NCBI RefSeq assembly: GCF_000195975.1
Contig: NC_005070.1
Span: forward strand, 1,650,001-1,682,000
DNA: 32,000 nt
Source: Parasynechococcus marenigrum WH 8102
GTDB lineage: Bacteria; Cyanobacteriota; Cyanobacteriia; PCC-6307; Cyanobiaceae
Reading direction: 5' to 3'
Position 1 is the stretch's first letter; each line of letters begins with the position of its first letter. Made by a program: the position numbers and the translations under genes. Below, piece by piece: positions 19,746 through 27,050 of this stretch. The notes under the pieces are model-generated. The model ran no database searches, was not told the DNA's origin, and was given only the letters and a program-made list of their open reading frames with translations.

Positions 19746-20576
19746 TCAGGACGCAGAGGTCCTGTCGGCAGCCTTTTCAACCGCTGGCCAGTCGCTTGTC
19801 AACAACGCCTGGAATCGCGCGGTCCAATGCACCACCAGGCGCTGTTCCAAGGCCTGTCCAAGCTCAGCTGAAGCAGCACCGCTGTCTCCAATCACACCGC
19901 TGCGACTGAGATCCTGCATCAACCAGGCCGAAGGAGCGGCCCCTTCCAAACTCCAACCGCTGGGGGGAACAGGACAGCCGTCTACACCAGGCAAACCGTC
20001 TTTCGGGCGCTGATCACCGACCAGTTCAGGGGCCTGATGCAGCATCAATGATGTCTCCGCCAAACCGGCGTGCAGACCATTCTCCAACTCATCTGCAGGG
20101 AGCAGATCAGCGAGCCCTTCCACTCCACTCCAGAGGAAACAAGGCAGCACAGCCATCGCCGGACAGCGTTGCCGCAGCTCCCGGGCCGCGACCTGCAGCA
20201 AGGCGATCTGCCCACCGTGGGCGTTGAACAGCACCAGGCGACGCCATCCCATGCCAGCCAGCTGCTCGCCCAGTTGCACGACCAAGGCGATCAGCAGGTC
20301 CGAGGACAAACTGAGAGTGCCTGGAAATGATTGGTGTTCCGGTGAAAAGCCGATGACCTGGGTCGGCAATCTCCAGATCGGCAGTTCAGGATTGAGCTCT
20401 GCCAGAACGGCTTCAGCAATCCGTTCAGCAAACAGGGCATCGGTGACAAGGGGGAGATGGGGACCGTGCTGCTCACAGGCACCAAACGGCCAGATCAAAG
20501 TTGATCCATCGCCATGGGCCCTCTCCTGGATCTCAGGCCAGGCGAGCTGGTCAAAGCGACGCCGATGGCCCGTCAT
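19746..20576 (-). CDS. Creatininase-family metal-dependent amidohydrolase, substrate unknown
   Basis: 276 aa with LIWPFGACEQHGPHLPLVTDALFAE...LFNAHGGQ, matching the creatinine amidohydrolase / ArfB / MftE superfamily pattern. Confidence 0.8.
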   Translation of the reverse strand: MTGHRRRFDQLAWPEIQERAHGDGSTLIWPFGACEQHGPHLPLVTDALFAERIAEAVLAELNPELPIWRLPTQVIGFSPEHQSFPGTLSLSSDLLIALVVQLGEQLAGMGWRRLVLFNAHGGQIALLQVAARELRQRCPAMAVLPCFLWSGVEGLADLLPADELENGLHAGLAETSLMLHQAPELVGDQRPKDGLPGVDGCPVPPSGWSLEGAAPSAWLMQDLSRSGVIGDSGAASAELGQALEQRLVVHWTARFQALLTSDWPAVEKAADRTSAS

Positions 20577-20647
20577 CGAAACTCGTGTTGCATCGTTCCC
20601 AGACCTGTCCCTCCCTGTCAGAATGGTCGATCGACGACCTCCTGTTC

Positions 20648-21868
20648 ATGGCCGCAGCTGGCAGTTCGCAGCCCAATCGCCCCAAGGCACCGCGAGCGGC
20701 TGCGACCCCACCGCTCCAGGTGATGAAGATCAACCGCAAGGAGGAGCAGGAACAGCTGCAACGCGAGGCCGCAGAAGCTCGCGCGGCAGCCGAAGCAGCA
20801 GCCGAAAAGGCACGCCTGCTGGAGGAGCGGGCGGGATTAACGGGTCCACCCCGAGCGGCCGAGGCCGATGACGATCGCTTCGACATGGGTGCCATGGAGG
20901 GGATGACCATGGCGGATCTGATGGGATCCCCTGATAAGGCACCCCGCCGCCAGGACGACAACAAACCCCGCAGCGTTGACGACTTCGACTTCGACGAAGA
21001 AGCCTTCCTGGCCGCCCTGGATGAGAACGCTCCCGTGGGCACCACGGGAGATGTGGTGCAAGGCACCGTGATCGGGCTTGAAAGCGATGGGATCTACGTG
21101 GATATCGGCGGCAAAGCGCCGGGATTCATGCCCAAAAGCGAGGCCGGCCTGGGGGTGATCACCAACCTTGGTGAGCGGTTCCCCAAAGGACTGCAGGTCG
21201 AGGTGCTGGTCACCCGCGAACAGAACGCCGATGGCATGGTCACCATCAGCTGCAGGGCCCTCGAACTGCGCAAGAGCTGGGACAAGGTCAAGGAACTCGA
21301 GAAACACGGCAAGGTGGTGCAGGTGATCGTCAACGGGTTCAACCGTGGCGGTGTGACCTGCGATCTCGAGGGCCTGCGGGGGTTCATTCCCCGATCCCAG
21401 CTGCAGGAGGGCGACAACCACCAGGAGCTAGTGGGCAAGACCCTCGGGGTGGCCTTCATCGAGGTCAACTCGGAAACCCGCAAGCTGGTGCTGTCGCAGA
21501 AACGTGCTGCGGTGGCTGCCCGTTTCCAGGAACTGGAGGTTGGCCAGTTGGTAGAGGGCGTGGTTGCCGCGGTGAAGCCCTATGGGTTGTTCATCGACTT
21601 GGGGGGTATTAGCGGCCTGCTGCACCAGTCCTCCATCACCAATGGCAGCCTGCGGTCCATCCGCGAAGTGTTCGATCAGGGCGACCGTGTTCAAGCGCTG
21701 ATCACGGAGCTGGATCCTGGCCGTGGCCGCATCGGATTGAATACTGCGCTGCTGGAGGGTCCTCCCGGCGAATTGCTGATTGAAAAAGACAAGGTGATGG
21801 CAGAGGCCAGTGATCGGGCCAGCCGCGCCCAGAGCATGCTCAAACAACGGGAACAGGACGCCGGATGA
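20648..21868 (+). CDS. rps1b: 30S ribosomal protein S1 paralogue (Rps1b/Nbp1-like) with low-complexity N-terminal extension
   Basis: It has three S1 domains (GDVVQGTVIGLESDGIYVDIGGKAPGFMP; GKVVQVIVNGFNRGGVTCDLEGLRGFIPRSQL; GQLVEGVVAAVKPYGLFIDLGGISGLLHQSSI). The first ATG is at 20648. The track start at 20501 (TTG) overlaps the divergent creatininase-family gene. Confidence 0.85.
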   Translation: MAAAGSSQPNRPKAPRAAATPPLQVMKINRKEEQEQLQREAAEARAAAEAAAEKARLLEERAGLTGPPRAAEADDDRFDMGAMEGMTMADLMGSPDKAPRRQDDNKPRSVDDFDFDEEAFLAALDENAPVGTTGDVVQGTVIGLESDGIYVDIGGKAPGFMPKSEAGLGVITNLGERFPKGLQVEVLVTREQNADGMVTISCRALELRKSWDKVKELEKHGKVVQVIVNGFNRGGVTCDLEGLRGFIPRSQLQEGDNHQELVGKTLGVAFIEVNSETRKLVLSQKRAAVAARFQELEVGQLVEGVVAAVKPYGLFIDLGGISGLLHQSSITNGSLRSIREVFDQGDRVQALITELDPGRGRIGLNTALLEGPPGELLIEKDKVMAEASDRASRAQSMLKQREQDAG

Positions 21869-22746
21869 ACGCCACGCAAACGGTCGGCGCCGACTGGGAA
21901 CTGGATTTCTATTCCAGGCCGATTCTTGAAGCCGACGGGCGCAAACGCTGGGAGCTGCTGGTCACCGCGACCCCCGCGGCAGATGCAACAGAGATCCCCT
22001 TCCGTTTTTCCAAATGCTGCCCATCGGGGGAGGTCAATTCCCTCTGGTTATCGGCTGCCCTCGGCGAAGCCCGGCAATGCGCGCTGGAGGCAGGCTGGCC
22101 AGCACCCCGACGCCTGCGCTGCTGGCGCAGCTCCATGCGAACGATGGTTCAGCGGGCTGCCACTGAGCTGGATCTGGAAATGATCGCCAGCCGCCGCACC
22201 TATGCGCTGCTGGAGTGGTTGCAACACCGCGAGCAAGAGGTCTATCCCCAGGAGGAAGGCTTCATGGCAGGCCCTCTGGCCCCACCGCCCGCACCTGTCG
22301 CTACCCCGCCGGTGCCGCTGCCTGAAGAGGTGCAGGGCGATGCCTGGTCCTGGGCATCCCTGCCGGCGGATCTTCTGGGTGACGCGTCGGACTGGCCCAC
22401 CAGCTTCAGCGGCCTGCTGCCCCTCCCTGCCGGCCTGGACAGCAACCAGCCGGTGCCGGGGCTGCGTCTGTTCAGCAACAGCCGCGCCCTGGCGGTGGCC
22501 GGCTGGCTGGGGGGTCTTGAGCCCGTGCGGCTGCTGGTGGAGGGTCGTCAGCTCGTGCTCGAAGCAGGGCAGGACGACCGTTGGTTAGTAAGTGATCTGG
22601 ATTCAGCGGCGGCTGAGGCCATCGCTGGGGAGCTGGCGCAATCCAAAGAACGCGGCAAAGGGCTTCAATTCATCGCGATCCAAACCAGCCCCGAGGAGCA
22701 AGCCTTCGCGGGCTTCTGGATGATGCGTGACATCGCCACCCTCTAG
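21865..22746 (+). CDS. Tab2/ATAB2-family RNA-binding protein (DUF1092)
   Basis: 293 aa with an N-terminal DWELDFYSRPILEADGRKRWELLV motif characteristic of Tab2 homologues. Its ATG overlaps the upstream S1 stop (ATGA at 21865-21868). Confidence 0.8.
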   Translation: MNATQTVGADWELDFYSRPILEADGRKRWELLVTATPAADATEIPFRFSKCCPSGEVNSLWLSAALGEARQCALEAGWPAPRRLRCWRSSMRTMVQRAATELDLEMIASRRTYALLEWLQHREQEVYPQEEGFMAGPLAPPPAPVATPPVPLPEEVQGDAWSWASLPADLLGDASDWPTSFSGLLPLPAGLDSNQPVPGLRLFSNSRALAVAGWLGGLEPVRLLVEGRQLVLEAGQDDRWLVSDLDSAAAEAIAGELAQSKERGKGLQFIAIQTSPEEQAFAGFWMMRDIATL

Positions 22747-22753
22747 GCCAGCC

Positions 22754-23584
22754 ATGCCGATGGAAGGCCACGATCCTTTCGATCGACCGGACAACAGCTT
22801 CAACACCCTGCAGGGCTGGACCTGGATTGGCTGCTACGGCGGCTATTACCTGCAATGCGATGGTCTCGACGCTGCAGGCTTTGAACACGGGTTCTTCACG
22901 CGCCGCTGGCAGGGTCGAGGCCCCGACGAACTGGCCGGTTACATCAGTGCTGGAATCAGCGTCCATCGTCTCCAGCAGATCCACAGTGGAAACGTTCTGA
23001 AGGCCAGCGAAGCCCGTCAGGAGCCCTGGCCCGAGGCCGACGGCCTGGTGAGTGATAGCGGCAGCCAGAGCCTCTGGGTCTGCGGTGCCGACTGCACGCC
23101 GGTTCTGATCGCCGATCGCGGCACCGGCCATGCCGCGGCCTGTCATGCCGGCTGGCGTGGGGTGGCCGCGGGGATCTTGCCGGAGGCCGTGCGACTTCTG
23201 GAGCAACGCGGTGCACGGCGAGACGATCTTATGGTGGCCCTGGGGCCAGCGGTGAGCGGGGCGAACTACCAAGTGGGCCCTGAGGTGGTGGCGGCCATCG
23301 CCCAGGGGCTCGACATCCGCACTGATGCCAAATCAGCACTTGAAGACGCCGGGGCGTTGCTGCCGGATTCAGAACCGCAGCGCCATCGGCTGGACATCCG
23401 CCGCGCCGCGGCCCTGCAGTTGCAGCGCATCGGTTTGACATCAGCACAGATCAGCCACTGCCCGCTCTGCACCGTCAGCGAACCGGAGCTGTTTCACTCC
23501 TGGCGGCGGGATCAGGTGAAAGCGGTGCAGTGGAGCGTGATTATAAGTCAGGTCGCTGACTTGGACGAAGCCGCCAGCAGCTGA
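22754..23584 (+). CDS. pgeF: YfiH/PgeF family protein (laccase-domain; peptidoglycan editing factor / purine nucleoside phosphorylase family)
   Basis: QIHSGNVL...ADGLVSD...LWVCGADCTPVLIAD...AACHAGWRG...LGPAVSGANYQVG...CPLCT are DUF152/YfiH motifs. The start is taken as ATG 22754 (the track start 22727 overlaps the Tab2-like gene). Confidence 0.85.
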   Translation: MPMEGHDPFDRPDNSFNTLQGWTWIGCYGGYYLQCDGLDAAGFEHGFFTRRWQGRGPDELAGYISAGISVHRLQQIHSGNVLKASEARQEPWPEADGLVSDSGSQSLWVCGADCTPVLIADRGTGHAAACHAGWRGVAAGILPEAVRLLEQRGARRDDLMVALGPAVSGANYQVGPEVVAAIAQGLDIRTDAKSALEDAGALLPDSEPQRHRLDIRRAAALQLQRIGLTSAQISHCPLCTVSEPELFHSWRRDQVKAVQWSVIISQVADLDEAASS

Positions 23585-25221
23585 GCGGCCATCGCTTCCG
23601 CCGCCCGGATCCCGTCAATGCCAGCCGAAAGGATGCCTCCGGCATAGCCCGCTCCTTCACCGGCTGGAATCAGACCACGGGTGTTGAGCGACTCAAGCTG
23701 GCCATCTCTGGGGATGCGCACGGGAGACGACGTCCGGGTTTCCACCGCCGTGAGCACGGCATCGGGATGGTCATAGCCCCGTAAACGGCGGGCAAACTGC
23801 GGCAGTGCTTCGCGCAGGGCATTGAGGATCGGTTCCGGCAGCACCGGAGCCAGGTCTGTCGGCGTGATGCCGGGCTGATACGACGCTGCAATCGTGCCCA
23901 GCGTTGTGGACGGGCAACCGGCCAGAAAATCCTCCAGACGTTGCGCCGGGGCGGCATAGGTCCCACCCCCACTGCGGAAGGCCCGCTGCTCCAGATCCCG
24001 CTGCAGCGCAATCCCCGCCAGGGGATCACCCGGATGCCGTTCGTAGGGCTGCAGATCCTCGGGTTCGAGGGTCACCACCAAGCCGCTGTTGGCATTGCGC
24101 TCATTGCGGGAGTGCTGGCTCATGCCGTTGGTCACCACCCGCCCCTCCTCCGAGGTGGCCCCCACCACAAAACCGCCAGGACACATGCAGAAGCTGTAGA
24201 CGCAGCGGCCATTGCTGGCGTGATGAACAAGCTTGTATTCCGCCGCGCCAAGCCGCGGATGACCCGCCATCGCTCCCCAGCGGGCCTGATCGATCAAGGG
24301 TTGCGGGTGCTCGATCCGCACACCAACCGAAAACGGTTTGCGCTCCAACTGCACCCCCACCTGATCGAGCATGGCGAAACAGTCCCGGGCCGAATGACCG
24401 GGCGCCAGCACGAGGTGACGGCAGGGCAGTTGCTGACCATCGGCCAGCAGAAGCGCCTTCAAGCTGAAGGGCTTCTCGCCGCCGCTGGGCTCGAGCAACA
24501 GGCGGTCCACCCGGCAACCAAAGCGCACCTCACCCCCCAAGGCTTCGATGCGCGAACGCAGGCCACGCACCACGGTGGCCAACTTGAAGGTGCCGATATG
24601 CGGCCGATGCACCGTGAGGATTTCGGCGTTAGCACCGCAAGCCACCAACTCCTTAAGCACCTTGCGTCCGTAGTGCTCGGGATCGCTCACCTGGCTGTAG
24701 AGCTTGCCGTCGGAAAAGGTACCGGCCCCCCCCTCCCCGAACTGGGCATTGGATTCCGGATCAAGGGCCTGCTGCCCCCGCCAGAAGGCGAAGGTCTGCT
24801 GGGTCCGTTGCTTCACCGGCTGCCCACGCTCCAGCAGCAAGGGCTTAAACCCCATTTGCGCCAGCAGCAACGCAGCGAAATAGCCACAGGGGCCGGCACC
24901 AACCACCACGGGGCGTGCCTCCAGGCCCGGCGGCGCCTGCGCCACCATCCGGTAGCGGGTATCCGGTGCCTGTTTCAGCGGGAGACCGGGCCGGCGGCGC
25001 TTCATCAACGCCTGCTCATGGCGGACCAGCACATCAACGCTGTAAATCAGCTGGATGCGATCACGGCGGCGGGCATCGATGCTGCGCTTGACCAGTCGCT
25101 GCTCCAGCAATTGATCTGGCGGAATCTTCAAACGACGCAGTACGGCCTGCGTGAGCTCCTCCTCGGTGTGATCCAGCGGCAGCTTCAGCTCAGCCAGTCG
25201 CAGCATCAGCCCGCTTGCCAT
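23548..25221 (-). CDS. FAD-dependent protein, COG2509 family (uncharacterised oxidoreductase)
   Basis: 557 aa with LRLAELKLPLDHTEEELTQAVLRRLKI...KRSIDARRR followed by VVVGAGPCGYFAALLLAQMG (GxGxxG). An alternative start is ATG 25206. Confidence 0.8.
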   Translation of the reverse strand: MASGLMLRLAELKLPLDHTEEELTQAVLRRLKIPPDQLLEQRLVKRSIDARRRDRIQLIYSVDVLVRHEQALMKRRRPGLPLKQAPDTRYRMVAQAPPGLEARPVVVGAGPCGYFAALLLAQMGFKPLLLERGQPVKQRTQQTFAFWRGQQALDPESNAQFGEGGAGTFSDGKLYSQVSDPEHYGRKVLKELVACGANAEILTVHRPHIGTFKLATVVRGLRSRIEALGGEVRFGCRVDRLLLEPSGGEKPFSLKALLLADGQQLPCRHLVLAPGHSARDCFAMLDQVGVQLERKPFSVGVRIEHPQPLIDQARWGAMAGHPRLGAAEYKLVHHASNGRCVYSFCMCPGGFVVGATSEEGRVVTNGMSQHSRNERNANSGLVVTLEPEDLQPYERHPGDPLAGIALQRDLEQRAFRSGGGTYAAPAQRLEDFLAGCPSTTLGTIAASYQPGITPTDLAPVLPEPILNALREALPQFARRLRGYDHPDAVLTAVETRTSSPVRIPRDGQLESLNTRGLIPAGEGAGYAGGILSAGIDGIRAAEAMAAQLLAASSKSAT

Positions 25222-26428
25222 CTGCCTTCATTGGATCAGATGGCGTCTCCATGAGCAGCCCTGCAGCGGCCTGACCCGACGGCGTCATGCCACCGCGCAA
25301 ACGGAAATCACTGGCCGCCGCCTTCAGCCGCAGCGACTCGCCCCGCTGTCGCTGACGCAGGGCGGAGCAGAGATCGACCGCGTCCTGATCAGGACTGACC
25401 CAACCCATCGGATCCGGGAGACCCTCATCCGACATCGGCAGCGGCGCCGCTTCGACCAGCGCCAGCACCCGCGCCGTGTCGTAGCCCGCTGCGGCGAGCA
25501 GGTCTGGGGTATGCCCCCAGCGGCGATTGAACGCCTCGGCAAAGGCCAACCAATCCTCACCACGGGCCGGATGTTCCAAACCGAGTTGCTGCCAGGGCAC
25601 CTGCGGCAGATCCCGCAGCGTGGACGAATCGGACAGATACACCCAGTTGGGCGTCCAGGGAGCGCCACCACCGAATGCACCATCACGCTGCTCCCGCCGC
25701 AGGCGGGTGGCCAGAGGCCCGTCGGGTTGATCGGCCACCACCACCGTGCCGACCCATGACCAGGTCATGTCCTTGCGTAAACGATCAAGCCGTTGACCAT
25801 CCGTTGGATCCACCTGCTGCACCGGGGTGGGTTCGTAGCTCTCCACCAGACCGCCGGATGCCTCGTAGTGATCGACGAAGGCCATCGACAGGGTGGCCTC
25901 CAACGCACTCGGATCCGCCACCACCATGGCCCTGTCCCAACCGGCCTTGAGGGTGGCTTCCACCGTGGCCTTGACGTCCTCCTGAATCGAGGGGACCAAT
26001 GGCCAGAGCTTGTCTCGCCCCTTCAAACCTCGGAGGGTGTCAATCGACTCACCGCGCTGATAAGGGAGCAGAACACTGAGGCCGTGCTGCTGAGACAGGT
26101 CACTGAAGGCGCGCAGGTCAGCGGAGGGTGGCGCCACCACAAGATGCTGATCGCTGACAAGCGGCAGTTGCTCCAGCGGAGATTGATCAGGCCGGAGCGC
26201 TATCCAGCGGACCGCGGGCACCGGATGGTCGCAGGCCCTCACCGTCGCTTCACCAACGGCGTAGCCCTGCAGAAAGCGGTCGCGCAGGGTGGCGTCACCC
26301 GAGGAGGACGGCAGCATCACCACAAGCCGCTGCCGCGGTAAGGCACTGGAGACCATGGCCTGGCAGCCAATGGCCGCAGCGACAACACAAGACCAGGCGC
26401 ACCAGGAACGCGGTGCCGAGCTCGACAT
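25190..26428 (-). CDS. Secreted or lipoprotein-like protein with type-1 periplasmic-binding / LppC(LpoA)-like appearance
   Basis: 412 aa with a hydrophobic N-terminus ending AAAIGC (near-lipobox). LVVMLPSSSGDATLRDRFLQGYAVG and AAAGYDTARVL resemble LppC/LivK-type folds. The family call is by eye only. Confidence 0.55.
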   Translation of the reverse strand: MSSSAPRSWCAWSCVVAAAIGCQAMVSSALPRQRLVVMLPSSSGDATLRDRFLQGYAVGEATVRACDHPVPAVRWIALRPDQSPLEQLPLVSDQHLVVAPPSADLRAFSDLSQQHGLSVLLPYQRGESIDTLRGLKGRDKLWPLVPSIQEDVKATVEATLKAGWDRAMVVADPSALEATLSMAFVDHYEASGGLVESYEPTPVQQVDPTDGQRLDRLRKDMTWSWVGTVVVADQPDGPLATRLRREQRDGAFGGGAPWTPNWVYLSDSSTLRDLPQVPWQQLGLEHPARGEDWLAFAEAFNRRWGHTPDLLAAAGYDTARVLALVEAAPLPMSDEGLPDPMGWVSPDQDAVDLCSALRQRQRGESLRLKAAASDFRLRGGMTPSGQAAAGLLMETPSDPMKADGKRADAATG

Positions 26429-26459
26429 GAAACGGGACCGTCAACCCGATCGCGTCAAC

Positions 26460-26681
26460 CTAGGGAGAACGGTCTGCGTCGTCCGGTTTTGTCACCTGAT
26501 CGTCGGACGATGGCACCTGGGACAACAGGCCACCAACAAGCAGCGCAACACCGATGGCTGTGGCCAGACCGCGGTTATCGGCCGCAGCGCCCTGTCCCCA
26601 CACGGCCGTGGCCAGAAAAGCACCTCCAAGCAGGAGACAGGGCACCAGAACGATGCCTCGTGCAATGCGGTTATCGGCCAT
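26460..26681 (-). CDS. Small 2-TM membrane protein built from an internal duplication
   Basis: 73 aa. Two repeats, ADNR-IARGIVLVPCLLLGG and ADNR-GLATAIGVALLVGG, are also visible as the repeated DNA GCCGATAACCGC. Its start codon directly abuts the stop of the upstream gene (26682). Confidence 0.55.
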   Translation of the reverse strand: MADNRIARGIVLVPCLLLGGAFLATAVWGQGAAADNRGLATAIGVALLVGGLLSQVPSSDDQVTKPDDADRSP

Positions 26682-27050
26682 TCAGGCTGGCTCCGTGGGG
26701 CAGCTGTCAGCCGCCAGGCCAGCGGTCACCAGACCAGCGCTGAGATCCAGCTCATCACCGATGGGGGTGACCCTGGCCAGCAACTGGCCATCGTTGCGTC
26801 CCACCGGGCGGAGATTGACCCGCCTGCGGCGGGGCAGCTCCTGCCTCAACCAATCCACGGCGGCTGATTCCCCTTCAGGCTCAACATTGATGCAGGCCAG
26901 CTGAACCGTGTAGGTGCGGTTGCCATCACCCACCTGCAACAGCGACGCGGTACGTACCTGCAGCACTTCGGCCGCCGCTGCCGGTGAAACAGCAACGACG
27001 GCAACCAGCAACAACGCCAGCAAGCGGGTGATCACAAGGAGGCGCCGCAC
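26682..27050 (-). CDS. Secreted staphylococcal-nuclease-like (SNase/OB-fold) protein, probably catalytically degenerate
   Basis: 122 aa with a signal-peptide-like N-terminus (LLALLLVAVVAVSPAAAAE). VGDGNRTYTVQLACINVEPEG...NDGQLLARV...LVTAGLA lines up by eye with the SNase DGDT / RLxxVDTPE / YGRxLAY / LVxxGLA blocks, but with both catalytic Arg positions as Gln. The start is GTG 27050, or GTG 27035 (a GTGA overlap with the ilvB stop). Confidence 0.55.
   Translation of the reverse strand: MRRLLVITRLLALLLVAVVAVSPAAAAEVLQVRTASLLQVGDGNRTYTVQLACINVEPEGESAAVDWLRQELPRRRRVNLRPVGRNDGQLLARVTPIGDELDLSAGLVTAGLAADSCPTEPA

Noticed and set aside
19201-20013. 270-aa plus-strand ORF spanning the ado/creatininase-family junction
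   Set aside because: It runs antisense across two well-supported genes and their spacer, with no motifs.
20501-20647. Upstream extension (TTG start) of the S1-paralogue ORF
   Set aside because: It overlaps the 5' end of the divergent creatininase-family gene. The first ATG at 20648 gives a sensible divergent spacer. An in-frame GTG at 20585 cannot be excluded.
23941-25254. 437-aa plus-strand ORF
   Set aside because: It is antisense to the COG2509 FAD protein gene (GxGxxG and conserved N-terminus) and looks like a shadow ORF.
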